DNA of 64,000 nt from an uncultured Actinomycetes bacterium (GCA_963841735.1 CAWJDT010000006.1:1-64000); one strand, 5' to 3'; counted from the first letter of the stretch, positions 10,502-20,620 are shown. Notes: a model not told the origin generated them from the sequence alone. Numbers and translations: made by a program.

Positions 10502-11962
10502 TCACTCAGCCAAGAACTTCCCCAGGTCTACATCCACGAACTGCGCACGCTCAAAGCGCTCCTTCATACCGAAGGGAACGGTGCAGTCGAAGATGGTCTT
10601 GCAGGAAATACCCCTGCCGCGCAACAGGGGGTTGTATTCCGGGTTGGCGGTCGGGTCCGCCCCGTGAAAACGCACACCCGGTATGCAGACGGTGTCTACG
10701 TCTCCCTGATACCGGGTGGTCATGGCCCACATGACATCGTTGGTGTCGTAGAGATCCACATCTTCGTCGACTATGATCACGTGCTTCAACTCCGAGAAGG
10801 CCGCAAGGGCGCAGAGCGCGGCCTGGCGTTGGCGGCCCTCGTCCATGGGGTACCGCTTCTTCACCTGGAGAACAGCCAGAAACTTGCCGCCCCCCGAAGA
10901 GTGGCAGTACACGTTCTGAAGAAGACCGGGCATCGCGTCGTGGATGAGCCGGTAGATGCTGGCCTCAGTGGGCAGGCCCGCGAGGGTGACGTGCTCTTCT
11001 CCGGGCCCTATCAACATCTGAAAGATCGGATCTATCCGGTGGGTGATGGCGGTCACGTGGAAGAGGGGCTGGTGAGCATGGGCCAAGCCCTCGTAGCCCG
11101 GAAACTCGGGCATCGCCCATCCCCCCCCGTTGAGCGCATCTTCGTCCGCGTATTCGCCCGGTCTGAACTCGCCCTCCAGCACGATCTCGGCCCAAGCCAG
11201 AGAGCGAGCGGGTTGCGACACGCAATCCACCAGCTCCACGGGGCGCTTTCGCAACGACCCGGCTACCGTCAACTCGTCGAAACCAAGGGGTGTCGTGGGA
11301 GCCTCGAAAGAGGTGGCCATGTGCACCGCTGGATCCAAGCCGATGTTTATCGAGGCGGGGAACGACTTGCCCTTGGCCTCTGCTTTCAGACGGAAGCAAT
11401 CGATGTGTCGGCCCGGGGTGAACTCCACCGTCATTGTGTCGGGTCCCTGGAGACACATGCGATGGAACGTGACGTCCGCTTGACCGTTCTCAGGATCCTC
11501 CCCGCGGACTATTCCCATGTTCAGAAAGGCCCCGGCGTCCCTCTTGGTGCTGACTACGGCTGGAAGGAACCTGCGGATGTCGAAAGGCGGCTTGATGACA
11601 ACTTCCTGGCAAGGGGCTTTCGCCCCCGCCGACAGCCGCACTGGGGGGACCGGGTTCTCCAGCGCTGCCAGAAGATCGAACATCAGTCGTTCCTTCTTGC
11701 TGCCCAAGAGGAGCGCTGTCCGCTCCCGGCTTGCCAGCATGCCTACCAGCACCGGCAAGTCATGCCCTTTGACATTCTGAAAGAGCATGGCCGGCCCGAT
11801 CTTGGTGGGCGGAGCCGTCGGTGTGCCCGATCCCACCCGTCTGTACACTCCGGCCAACTCCAGATACGGGTCGACCTCCGCCTTGGTCGAGAGCAGTTGG
11901 CCGGGTATCGCTTCGAGGAACTTGAGTGCCGACCGCAGATCGGTGATGTCGGTGGCGTCCAT
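10502..11962 (-). CDS. UbiD-family prFMN decarboxylase, AroY/LpdC (protocatechuate/gallate decarboxylase)-like
   Basis: DLRSAL..VDPYLELAGVYRRVG..PTKIGPAMLF, MPEFPGY, IGPGEEH and CKTIFDCTVP..FERA match the AroY/LpdC pattern as recalled. Confidence 0.85.
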   Translation of the reverse strand: MDATDITDLRSALKFLEAIPGQLLSTKAEVDPYLELAGVYRRVGSGTPTAPPTKIGPAMLFQNVKGHDLPVLVGMLASRERTALLLGSKKERLMFDLLAALENPVPPVRLSAGAKAPCQEVVIKPPFDIRRFLPAVVSTKRDAGAFLNMGIVRGEDPENGQADVTFHRMCLQGPDTMTVEFTPGRHIDCFRLKAEAKGKSFPASINIGLDPAVHMATSFEAPTTPLGFDELTVAGSLRKRPVELVDCVSQPARSLAWAEIVLEGEFRPGEYADEDALNGGGWAMPEFPGYEGLAHAHQPLFHVTAITHRIDPIFQMLIGPGEEHVTLAGLPTEASIYRLIHDAMPGLLQNVYCHSSGGGKFLAVLQVKKRYPMDEGRQRQAALCALAAFSELKHVIIVDEDVDLYDTNDVMWAMTTRYQGDVDTVCIPGVRFHGADPTANPEYNPLLRGRGISCKTIFDCTVPFGMKERFERAQFVDVDLGKFLAE

Positions 11963-12792
11963 CAGTACCACTCGGGAGCAGTTCGGTAGCGGAGCGAGTC
12001 AACCGGTGGATGCCCGAAGAAGATCTCGGCGCCGTGTTTGGCGGACAACGCTTTCACCCTCTCTATCGAGCGGTACCCAGCGACTGGGTCCACATGGAAC
12101 CCCGGCACGATCATCTCCTCCAGATGTCGCGGCAGGTGGCATGCATCGGCAGGAAACATCATCGGCGCGCGGTCCAGGCCGTCTACCACCAGGCTCATGT
12201 GGCCCAAGGAGTGCCCGGGCGTCTCGTACAGCCAGATGCCTTCGGCGACTTCGATGTCCTTGCCGGTGAGCTCGTACTTCGGCGACCTCGGGCTGGCCAG
12301 CTTGGCCTCGTCGGTGCCGGCCCGATGGAGAATGTCTCGTGCACCCTCAAAGTTGAGACGATGCAGCTCGGGATCGAAAGAGAGGTCCGAGTAACTCTGA
12401 TACTCGAACGGCATGGGATTCTTGGCCGCTTCATACTCTTTCTCGTGCACCACGATAGTCGCGTCCTGAAAGAACTTGTGCCCCCCCACATGGTCGATAT
12501 GGAGGTGCGAGTTCAATATGTACCGCACCTCACTCATGTCAATCCCGAGCTTGGCGAACTGAGCCGGAATGGTCTGCTCGGGGTCGTGGACCGCATTGTC
12601 TTGCGGAGTCCACTTGTCCATGAAGTCACCGTCGTATCCGCTGTCGAAGAGATACAAGCCGTCCTTGTGATCGATCAACACGCTATAACAGGCAAAACGG
12701 ATAAGCTCGGACGAACCACGACCCCAGAACAGCTTGTATCCCTCGAGAGCCAAGGTGCCGCCGTCCAAGAGACAAAGCCTCGCCTTCTTCAT
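11962..12792 (-). CDS. Metallo-beta-lactamase-fold lactonase, 4-pyridoxolactonase-like
   Basis: SHLHIDH, TPGHSLGH; LLDGGTL..GY..FW.RG, YSDLSF and FHVDPVAG segments recall Mesorhizobium 4-pyridoxolactonase. Confidence 0.75.
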   Translation of the reverse strand: MKKARLCLLDGGTLALEGYKLFWGRGSSELIRFACYSVLIDHKDGLYLFDSGYDGDFMDKWTPQDNAVHDPEQTIPAQFAKLGIDMSEVRYILNSHLHIDHVGGHKFFQDATIVVHEKEYEAAKNPMPFEYQSYSDLSFDPELHRLNFEGARDILHRAGTDEAKLASPRSPKYELTGKDIEVAEGIWLYETPGHSLGHMSLVVDGLDRAPMMFPADACHLPRHLEEMIVPGFHVDPVAGYRSIERVKALSAKHGAEIFFGHPPVDSLRYRTAPEWY

Positions 12793-12814
12793 ACTGATTC
12801 CTCCTTCTGTGTCC

Positions 12815-12873
12815 CTAACTCTTGTTAGTTAGGGATGGTGATATTCTATATCACGGTGCCACCGGCACATCAA
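12815..12873 (-). promoter_or_regulatory. Promoter and operator for lactonase-UbiD operon
   Basis: TTGATG..TATAGAAT on minus strand; CTAACTCTTGTTAG at 12815-12828. Confidence 0.6.
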
Positions 12874-12958
12874 GGCGCGGACCCAAAAGCGACCGTTTCG
12901 ACGCGAAGTTGGGCTACACTGGACACTGGCTCAGCTGATATCGGGGGGAAATACGGTC

Positions 12959-13672
12959 ATGGAAGATTCGACACACAAGAATGACACCCGTGATGAGTCC
13001 GCGCGGACCCGGCGTACAACCAGGTCGGCGGACGAGCCTCGTCGCGTCCGCCGAAGCGGTCCCGAAAGACAAGCCCAGATCGCGGCTACCACGCTGCATT
13101 TGATGGCTCGCCATGGGCTGCAGGGCACCACCGTGTCGCGCATCGCCGAAGAGGTCGGCATGGAGGCCCCCTCTCTATATGCTCACTTTCCCAGCCGACA
13201 AGATATGCTGCTGGCTGCCGTCGATGTGCTGTTCGAGAGGGTGGCCAAACACCTATCCCTCGGCAGAGACGCCAAAAACGCGCTTGAGCGTCTGCGAGCC
13301 ATAGGTGAGCATCACGCGACCTTCATCACGGGAGAATTCGACGGCTTCGTCATACCCATCTTCGAGTTCATGACCGCCCCTCGCGATTCTGGGCTGAGCG
13401 AGGCAGTCGGTCAGCGGCAACGCGAGGGCCTCGATACGCTGGCGGCCATAGTGGAAGAGGGCAAGGGGCAGGGAGTCATACGCCAAGACATAGACTCGCG
13501 AATGGCGGCCTACGAGCTGATGCTTATCTTCTGGGCAGAAGATGTGACCCAGCTCATGGGCATCGACGAGTTCGTGTCTGAGGGCATCTCCAAGAGGATC
13601 CTCGATATGTTCCTCAGCGAGATGGCGGCCCCGGAAAACTCCGCTTCTAGCGAGGTCTCGAGCCCGGAGTAG
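12959..13672 (+). CDS. TetR/AcrR family regulator (paralogue 2)
   Basis: HTH almost identical to 93-788 (GLQGTTVSRIA.EVGMEAPSLY.HFP); shared HATFITGEFDGFVIP. Confidence 0.9.
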   Translation: MEDSTHKNDTRDESARTRRTTRSADEPRRVRRSGPERQAQIAATTLHLMARHGLQGTTVSRIAEEVGMEAPSLYAHFPSRQDMLLAAVDVLFERVAKHLSLGRDAKNALERLRAIGEHHATFITGEFDGFVIPIFEFMTAPRDSGLSEAVGQRQREGLDTLAAIVEEGKGQGVIRQDIDSRMAAYELMLIFWAEDVTQLMGIDEFVSEGISKRILDMFLSEMAAPENSASSEVSSPE

Positions 13673-13742
13673 CCCCCAAGGCGTCACGACGAAAGCCACA
13701 CCGTCCGTGATCGCTTCCTCTCTTCCACTCCTTCTCACCATC

Positions 13743-13791
13743 TTGACAAGAGCACGTCTCATGGGCCAAGATGCAACCTAACGAACGTAAG
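13743..13791 (+). promoter_or_regulatory. Promoter and operator for OYE gene
   Basis: TTGACA-18-CAAGAT; CTAACGAACGTAAG at 13778-13791. Confidence 0.65.
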
Positions 13792-13841
13792 TTTGGGCAG
13801 ACAGGCCGGACTTCCCTGCTCAGCCAAGAACAAGGAGGCGC

Positions 13842-15833
13842 GTGATGGTCAAGTATCGCCGGCTGTTCGAGCCGCTCCGCATCGGTTCGCTTGAGATCAA
13901 GAACAGAGTGGCCTTTGCGCCCCTGGCCACCGGGGGTCTCCTCAACAGCGCCGGCGCGCTCACTGAGCGGGGCGTCGACTACTACGTGGAGCGGGTCAGA
14001 GGCGGCGCCGGCCTCATCATCATCGCGGTCACCAAGGTGGAGAACGAGATCGAATACGAGCCGGTCGCGAGCGGCGGGCGAATACAACTTACCGACTACG
14101 CCCTACCAGGACTTGGCGAGATCGCCGAGATAGCGCACGCTTTTGGCGCCAAGGTGTTTGTGCAATTGACGCCCGGTGACGGCCGCAACAGTCCGCAGCC
14201 CAAGATCGTGGGCCCCTCGGAGATACCGTCCAAGTTCAACCCCAACGTTACGGCCAGAGCCCTCACCGTGGAGGAGATCAGCCGCATCGTGGAGGCGTGC
14301 GGCCGGGGCGCCGCCATGCTGAGACGGGTCGGCGTCGACGGCGTCGGCATCAACGGTCACGAGGGCTATCTGGTGGACGAATTCACCATGGCTCTCTGGA
14401 ACAAGAGGACCGACCAATACGGAGGCTCCCTGGAGAACAGGCTAAGGTTCAGCAAGGAGATACTCGACAAGATCAAGGCAACGGCCGGCCCCGACTTCCC
14501 GGTGATTTACCGCTTCGGTCTCAAGCACTACATGAAGGCCCCCCACGTCGGCGGCCTCCCAGGCGAAGACTTCGTGGAAGTGGGCCGCGACATCGAGGAA
14601 GGCAAGGAAGTCGCGCGCCTGCTCGAGCAATTCGGATACGACGCTTTGGACGTCGATGCCGGCTGTTACGACGCCATGTACTGGGCGCACCCGCCCATCT
14701 ACCATCCCCATGGCTGCCTGGTCCCCTTGGCCGCCGAGGCCAAGAAGGTGGTCAGCATCCCGGTCATAGTAGCCGGACGCTTGGACGTGCCCGATTTGGC
14801 CGAAGAGGTGCTGGAGAGCGGCAAGGCGGACATGATCAGCCTGGGCCGCGCCCTCTTGGCCGACCCCTATTGGCCCAACAAGGTCCGCACCGGAGCCGCC
14901 GCGGATATCCGCCCCTGCATCGCCTGCCACAGGTGCCTGCAGCGCCACATCATAGGCAAACCTTTGAGTTGCGCCGTGAACCCTGCTTCGGGCAGAGAGG
15001 GCATCTTTGGGCTCTCGCAGGCGGTCGCCCGGAAGAAGGTGCTGGTGGTCGGCGGCGGCATCGCCGGCATGGAAGCAGCCCGGGTGCTCAAGACCAGAGG
15101 TCACGACGCGGTGATCTTCGAGAAGACCGGCGAGCTGGGAGGTCATCTGGCCGAAGCCGGCGCACCCGACTTCAAAGACGACATCAAGCGTCTGCGCGAC
15201 TGGTACGTGCGGCAGATGGAAGTCCTCGGCGTACCCATCAAGTTCAAGAAGGAAGCCACCGCCGAGGCCATCGCGGACTCAAGCTACGACGCCGTGGTAG
15301 TCGCCACAGGCTCCGCCGCGGCCACGGTGGAAATCGCCGGTGCCGCCGACTTCCCCGCCAAGGTGCTGTGCAACGCCGATGTCCTGCTGGGACGAAAGGA
15401 CCCGGGCGAGTCGGTCGTAGTCGTGGGTTGCGGCCTCGTCGGCCTCGAGACCGCGTTGTGGCTGGCAAACCAGGGCAAGAAAGTAACCGGCGTCGAGATA
15501 CTTCCCCAGATGGCGACCGACGCCTGCGTTGCCAACAGAGACATGCTCCTCGACCTGATCAAGGCCAAGAAGGTTGAGACCCTCACGAGCAGCCAGGTGT
15601 CTCGCGTCACTGCGCAAGGAGTCGAAATCACGAGCGCAAACGGTGGCGCGCCAAGGCTGATCCCCTGCGATTCGGTGGTGGTAGCTGTAGGCTCTGTGCC
15701 CAAGAACGACCTGTACCGAAGCCTCGTGGAACGAGCCCCCCAGCTAGATGTGTACAACGTCGGCGACTCCCTGCAGACCGGCGAGATCATGAACGCCATC
15801 TGGAGCGCCTACACGGTTGCCCGGGAGATCTAG
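13842..15833 (+). CDS. NADH:flavin oxidoreductase (OYE TIM barrel + 4Fe-4S + FAD/NAD domain; enoate reductase/BaiH/DCR-like)
   Basis: KNRVAFAP, HEGYL, NKRTDQYGGSLENR, CIACHRC..CAVN, GGGIAG, GCGLVG. Confidence 0.9.
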   Translation: MMVKYRRLFEPLRIGSLEIKNRVAFAPLATGGLLNSAGALTERGVDYYVERVRGGAGLIIIAVTKVENEIEYEPVASGGRIQLTDYALPGLGEIAEIAHAFGAKVFVQLTPGDGRNSPQPKIVGPSEIPSKFNPNVTARALTVEEISRIVEACGRGAAMLRRVGVDGVGINGHEGYLVDEFTMALWNKRTDQYGGSLENRLRFSKEILDKIKATAGPDFPVIYRFGLKHYMKAPHVGGLPGEDFVEVGRDIEEGKEVARLLEQFGYDALDVDAGCYDAMYWAHPPIYHPHGCLVPLAAEAKKVVSIPVIVAGRLDVPDLAEEVLESGKADMISLGRALLADPYWPNKVRTGAAADIRPCIACHRCLQRHIIGKPLSCAVNPASGREGIFGLSQAVARKKVLVVGGGIAGMEAARVLKTRGHDAVIFEKTGELGGHLAEAGAPDFKDDIKRLRDWYVRQMEVLGVPIKFKKEATAEAIADSSYDAVVVATGSAAATVEIAGAADFPAKVLCNADVLLGRKDPGESVVVVGCGLVGLETALWLANQGKKVTGVEILPQMATDACVANRDMLLDLIKAKKVETLTSSQVSRVTAQGVEITSANGGAPRLIPCDSVVVAVGSVPKNDLYRSLVERAPQLDVYNVGDSLQTGEIMNAIWSAYTVAREI

Positions 15834-15854
15834 CCCAACTCCGGTTTCAGCCGG

Positions 15855-15893
15855 ACAACGGGGCCGCGCCCCCCGGGGGCGCGGCCCCGTTGT
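15855..15893. terminator. Bidirectional terminator hairpin between convergent genes
   Basis: ACAACGGGGCCGCGCCCC-CCG-GGGGCGCGGCCCCGTTGT perfect inverted repeat. Confidence 0.8.
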
Positions 15894-15952
15894 TCATAAA
15901 CCTAGCAGCGCCTGGGGCACGCTCGGCAGACCGACCCGAAAGCCTGGGCGCG

Positions 15953-17365
15953 CTACTTGAGGTAGTCCTCGAGCCTGATGGAGCCCCACAACTCCTTCGG
16001 AGGTACTACGCGCGTGGGGAACGGGGCTCCGACAGGCAGGGTGGCGTCCACGATCACCTTGGTCACAAGGACTCCCCCTCGATTGCCGGCTTCATCCCTC
16101 GCCGTCGGATCCAGGTGCGATCCCATGGCATCGTTGATGATGGTCATGTTCCGATCGCTGCCCACTCGCGTCGCGACAGCCCACATCACTTCCTCCACAT
16201 CGTAGACGTCGATGTCCTTGTCGACGACCACCACGAACTTGGCGTTGGGCTCGGCGATGCAGCCGGCCATCCCGGCGACCTTGCCCTCACCCGACGAGCG
16301 TTTGTCAATGGAGATGAACAGATGGAAAAGGCTGCCGGCGTAGGGAGGCAGATGCACAGCCTTCAACGACGGCACCACCCGCTGAACCGCATCGTGAACG
16401 ACCGCCTCGCTGGGCAGAATGAGGGCCAACGCGTGCTCCCGATGGCCGGGGGCCAGATCCAGATAGATAGCGTCTTGGCGCATGGTCATGCTCGTCAACC
16501 GGATAAGCCAAGCCTGCTGCTTGCCACCGTAGTAGCCGGTGAACTCGCCTAGCGGACCGTCCTCCACGATCTCCTTGGGGTCGACTACCCCCTCCAGAAC
16601 GATCTCGGCATCGGCCGGCACGGGAAGATCGACGGTCTCCCCCGCTGTGACTCGCAGAGGCTCACCCAGCAGACCGCCCATGATCTCGAGTTCGTTGAGG
16701 TCCACCCCCCGGCCCTTGCTCAACGCCCCCAAGATCGCGGCCGGATGATGGCCGATGGCTACAACAACCTCCATCATGCGGCCCAATTCCGCATGCCGCC
16801 TCGCGATATGGGCGAAGTCGTGGATGGGGTTGGCCATGAGGCCCACTTGCTGTTTCCCCCGCACCTCCATGCGATACACGCCCACATTCGGTATGCCGGT
16901 ATCGGGATCCCGGCATATGGTGCAAGCCACCGTGAGGTACTTGCCCGAGTCGAGCTCGGCGTGCTGAGGCACCGGCAATAGGCCCATGTCGATGTCCTCG
17001 CCGGATAGCAACATCTGCTTCACCGGTGCCTCCTCCCTGGGCACCTCCTGCACCGGGCGAGGAGAGCTTTCCCGTCTGCGAAACTCGGGAAGTACGCCGG
17101 CCTTGGACACGGAGTGCGGATCGAGCCCCAGAGCGAGCCCAAGCAGGTCATAGCTGCCAAAGAGGTTGGTGACGAGGGGAAGGTCGCTCCCCTCCACCTG
17201 GGGGCAGTAGACCACCGGGCCGCGGCCATCCTTGGTGAGCTTCTGCTGGATGACGGTGACTTCGAGCACCGGCTTCACCGGCCGGCTGAGCTCCACATAG
17301 GAGTCGGGGCCCAAAGCCCGCACTTCTTGCAGGAAGCTTCTGAGGTCCTTCGCCACTGCGACCAC
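15953..17365 (-). CDS. UbiD-family prFMN decarboxylase (second, divergent)
   Basis: DLRSFL, NVGVYRM, AEIVLEG, DGPLGEFTGY, VVVVDKDID, VMWAVATR, LDP. Confidence 0.9.
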   Translation of the reverse strand: MVAVAKDLRSFLQEVRALGPDSYVELSRPVKPVLEVTVIQQKLTKDGRGPVVYCPQVEGSDLPLVTNLFGSYDLLGLALGLDPHSVSKAGVLPEFRRRESSPRPVQEVPREEAPVKQMLLSGEDIDMGLLPVPQHAELDSGKYLTVACTICRDPDTGIPNVGVYRMEVRGKQQVGLMANPIHDFAHIARRHAELGRMMEVVVAIGHHPAAILGALSKGRGVDLNELEIMGGLLGEPLRVTAGETVDLPVPADAEIVLEGVVDPKEIVEDGPLGEFTGYYGGKQQAWLIRLTSMTMRQDAIYLDLAPGHREHALALILPSEAVVHDAVQRVVPSLKAVHLPPYAGSLFHLFISIDKRSSGEGKVAGMAGCIAEPNAKFVVVVDKDIDVYDVEEVMWAVATRVGSDRNMTIINDAMGSHLDPTARDEAGNRGGVLVTKVIVDATLPVGAPFPTRVVPPKELWGSIRLEDYLK

Positions 17366-17382
17366 TCCCTCCGGTCAATTCG

Positions 17383-18267
17383 TCAGATAGCGTCTCTCCA
17401 GGTGAACTTCGGAGCGTAGCCGAGCTCTCGCTTGGCCTTCCCGATGTCAAACAGGGGCGCGTGGGCATACACCAGCAGGCCGGTGCTGTTGTTGATCAAG
17501 GGCACATCGGGATAGTAGCGCCTGATCAGCTCGAGGGTATCCACCGTGGCAAAAGCGTCGGGAGCGCCGATGTTGAACACATCGCACTTGATCTTGCCCG
17601 CCTCCATGGCCTCGAGCGCCAGCAGGTAGGCGTCCGGCAGATCCCTGGGGTCCACGTATTGCCACAGGAAGTCACGCAGACTCACCGACTTGCCCTCGAA
17701 CTTGTACTCTGGGTCGGAGATGTTGTCCCTGGCTTCTTGCCACATGGGGTTGGGGAAATGGACGGTGGCCAGCCGGAGCGAGATGCAGTTGATGCCGTAC
17801 CGGCTGCTGTAGGCGGCGCCGAGATGCTCACCCCAAAGCTTGCCAAGGCCGTATGGCTCGTCCGGAAGCAGAGGAAAGATTTCATCGAAGGGAAGATACG
17901 GCGGCGGGGTGCCGCCTGTCTTGAAGATCGCGCCCCAGGCGCAGATGCTACTGGTGAAGACCACATTCTTGACTCTGTTGGTCTTCGCGGCCTCAAACAC
18001 GTTGAAGGTACCGTCCACGTTCACACGCCAGACACTAACGTTGTCCCCGGTATACATGGGGATGGCGGCCAGGTGGATGATCGAATCGACTCCCTCGGTA
18101 GCCTGGACCAGATCCTCCAGCTTCGTGATGTCGCCTTGGACGAAAGGCACCGCGGTGTCTGCCGGCGGGCTGGCGTCGAAGTTGACCACGTCATAACGCG
18201 TGACAAGCTGGGGCAGTAGCACCTGACCCAGTCGCCCCGACCCTCCCGTGACCAGTAGTTTCTGCAC
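17383..18267 (-). CDS. NAD-dependent epimerase/dehydratase/dehydrogenase (extended SDR)
   Basis: TGGSGRLG, IIHLAA, FTSS, YGLGK. Confidence 0.85.
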   Translation of the reverse strand: MQKLLVTGGSGRLGQVLLPQLVTRYDVVNFDASPPADTAVPFVQGDITKLEDLVQATEGVDSIIHLAAIPMYTGDNVSVWRVNVDGTFNVFEAAKTNRVKNVVFTSSICAWGAIFKTGGTPPPYLPFDEIFPLLPDEPYGLGKLWGEHLGAAYSSRYGINCISLRLATVHFPNPMWQEARDNISDPEYKFEGKSVSLRDFLWQYVDPRDLPDAYLLALEAMEAGKIKCDVFNIGAPDAFATVDTLELIRRYYPDVPLINNSTGLLVYAHAPLFDIGKAKRELGYAPKFTWRDAI

Positions 18268-18321
18268 CTTAGATCCTCCGTTCCGTTGACTGCCTCACTG
18301 GCGATAGAGCTACCTAGCCGA

Positions 18322-19155
18322 TCAGCCCTTGGTGGTGTAGGCCTTGAAGCCCTGTACCGCCTTGGTAACGGCCTGCTCCACCGGGATGCGCTCGACGCTC
18401 GACGCCCCCACGAAACCCTGGGCCTGGGTGTTCTCATACAGGTAGGCCAGATTCTCGGGCTGGTCGAAGGGACCGCCATGAGCCAAGCAGATGATGTCCG
18501 GCCGGATCTTCCGCGCAGCCGTGATCATCTCGTTGACAACGGCGCCACAGATTTCAAAGGGCTTGGCCGCAAATCCTGTCATCCCCCCAGAAGTGCCACC
18601 GACGTGGACCACGAGCACATCCAAGCCCGCCTTGACCATCTCGAGAGCCTCGTCCACCCGGAAGGCGTAGCCCATGGTGAAGATGTCCATCTCACGCGCG
18701 ATGCGGATGAGGTCGTACTCCCTCTTCATGCCCAGGCCGATGTGGTCCTTGTTGTCACGCCAGGTGGTGCCGGGGGCGTGAAAGCCCACCGTCGGAAAGT
18801 TGATGATGCCCGAATAGCCGACTGCCGTGAACTTGCCTATCAGGTAGTCGAGGTCCCAGTATCGGGGGTCGCTGGCCTCGATCCCGCCGATCACCGGAGT
18901 GTCTTTGACTACGTTGAGAATCTCTTCGGCCATCCCGACGGTGGTGTTGTTCGCGTCGCCGAACTGGGCCGTCGGAAGACCCTTGAGCCTGGATAGCCCC
19001 GTGCTGTAGACAATGATGAGATCGGCCCCGCCCGCCTCGGCACACTTCGCGATGAGTCCGCAGCTGCTACCAGCACCGATAATGGGCTCGCGTGTCTCGA
19101 TAAGACCGCGCAGTCTCGCCAGTATTTCCGCCCGCGTGAAGATCCTACGGCCCAT
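18322..19155 (-). CDS. PEP-hydrolase-like TIM-barrel protein (TIM-br_sig_trns family)
   Basis: GLIAKCAEAGGADLIIVY, NFPTVG, CLAHGGP, GFVGASSVERIP. Confidence 0.85.
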   Translation of the reverse strand: MGRRIFTRAEILARLRGLIETREPIIGAGSSCGLIAKCAEAGGADLIIVYSTGLSRLKGLPTAQFGDANNTTVGMAEEILNVVKDTPVIGGIEASDPRYWDLDYLIGKFTAVGYSGIINFPTVGFHAPGTTWRDNKDHIGLGMKREYDLIRIAREMDIFTMGYAFRVDEALEMVKAGLDVLVVHVGGTSGGMTGFAAKPFEICGAVVNEMITAARKIRPDIICLAHGGPFDQPENLAYLYENTQAQGFVGASSVERIPVEQAVTKAVQGFKAYTTKG

Positions 19156-19198
19156 CGCACGACTCCTTTAGTACGCCCTTTGCCACGCTCCTGTGGGT

Positions 19199-20419
19199 CT
19201 ACCGAAGCTTTCTCATGAGCCACCCCACGGCTTCGTCGGCGAAGCCGGGGTCATTGATATGCAGGTCGAGCTTGCGGATCTCCGCACTACCCGGCCAAAG
19301 CGCCAAGTCAAGTGCGTCGACGAAGGCCTGGTCGGCCTTGGGATCCCAAAAAGGCCCACCCTCCACATCCAGTGCAGAGAACCCCTTGTTGGGGATCAGC
19401 ACAAGGGTTTCGCCCGCGCCCGCGTTTAGCTTCTCGGCTATCGCCCGGCCTGCCTCCGCGTTCTCCTCGGGTGTGGTCCTCATGAGGGTGATCGCGGGGT
19501 TATGCTCGTGTAGTTGCCGCCCCTTGAGCTGGTCGGGTATCCGCCCCGCCAGGAAGTTCACAAAATCCAGGGCTCCGCACGAGACCACCTGGGGAACTCC
19601 CCTCCGCGCCGCAGCCGCAAGGCGATTCGGCCCGGCGTCGCAGATGCCGCCTACCAGATGATTGACGATCTCGCCCGTAGTCATGTCGAGCACGCCATCG
19701 ACGAGCCCGTCGTCGATCATGCTCTCGAGCGCCATACCGCCGCTGCCTATGGCCGGAAAGACGACCACCTCCACCCCCGATTCCTCCAGCACGTGACGGA
19801 CCCGGCTCACGCAGGGAGTGGTGACACCCATCATGGAGGCCGCGACCAGCCTGGTCGAATCACCTCCGCCCGCGCCCCCCTCGGCGCCGGCCGCGCCACC
19901 GGTGAGCATGCCCACCATCGCACGAGCCCCGCAGCTCAAGACCTTGCGGGATATCCGGTTGAGACCTTCGATGTCTATCACCGAATTCAAGATGGTGACG
20001 TCCTTCGTCGCGACGAACGCTTCCATGGCTCTAGACGCCGCCGGCGAGATCAGTAGCTTTGGCGCCCCAAACGGGAGCGCCAGCATGGCCGCGGTGGCGA
20101 TGGCGGCCCCGGACGACCCTCCCACCGCGATCACCCCGTTTATCTCACCGCTCCTGAAAAGCTCCTTGGCGATGACCGCCGCCCCCCGGGACATGATACT
20201 GACCGCCTTGAACCTATCCTGCGACTCGCGCAGGTCGTCCAGCGACCCGCCCCCTCGCTTGGCCACCTCCTCGCGAGCTATGGAGGGCGAGAAGCTCGGC
20301 TCCCCCATGACTCCAGCATCGAGAGTCAGGACGCCGAGGCCCCCTCGCTTCAGCTCTTCAACCAGATACTGAAGCTCGAGGCCCTTCGTGTCCAAGGTCC
20401 CAATCGCCAAGACTCTCAT
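19199..20419 (-). CDS. Tm-1-like ATP-binding domain protein (UPF0261)
   Basis: IGTLDTKG, LPFGAPKL, DIEGLN, MGVTTPC, HNPAITLMRT, HINDPGFA. Confidence 0.88.
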   Translation of the reverse strand: MRVLAIGTLDTKGLELQYLVEELKRGGLGVLTLDAGVMGEPSFSPSIAREEVAKRGGGSLDDLRESQDRFKAVSIMSRGAAVIAKELFRSGEINGVIAVGGSSGAAIATAAMLALPFGAPKLLISPAASRAMEAFVATKDVTILNSVIDIEGLNRISRKVLSCGARAMVGMLTGGAAGAEGGAGGGDSTRLVAASMMGVTTPCVSRVRHVLEESGVEVVVFPAIGSGGMALESMIDDGLVDGVLDMTTGEIVNHLVGGICDAGPNRLAAAARRGVPQVVSCGALDFVNFLAGRIPDQLKGRQLHEHNPAITLMRTTPEENAEAGRAIAEKLNAGAGETLVLIPNKGFSALDVEGGPFWDPKADQAFVDALDLALWPGSAEIRKLDLHINDPGFADEAVGWLMRKLR

Positions 20420-20565
20420 CGTCGTCCATCCGTTCTCAATCGCAGCCAGCGATGCAGAGTGAGTCAGGCGGGTCACTCAGGCCATTTGCCGCCGGTCCGT
20501 CCGGTCCTGCCGGCCGGCGGCCCAAAGGCGAAGGAGGCCAAAAGAGACCGCCCAGCGTTCCCAAA

Positions 20566-20620
20566 CTTACGCTCGTTAGGTTACACATGAACTTATAAAC
20601 CACGGGACGTGCGATGTCAA
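20566..20620 (-). promoter_or_regulatory. Promoter and operator for Tm-1-like/TIM/SDR/UbiD operon
   Basis: TTGACA-17-TATAAG; operator reads CTAACGAGCGTAAG on the minus strand (20566-20579). Confidence 0.7.

Noticed and set aside
10407-20579. CTAAC...GTTAG motifs as extra attC sites
   Set aside because: The cores are only 4 nt apart with no L boxes and lie next to promoters, which fits TetR operators
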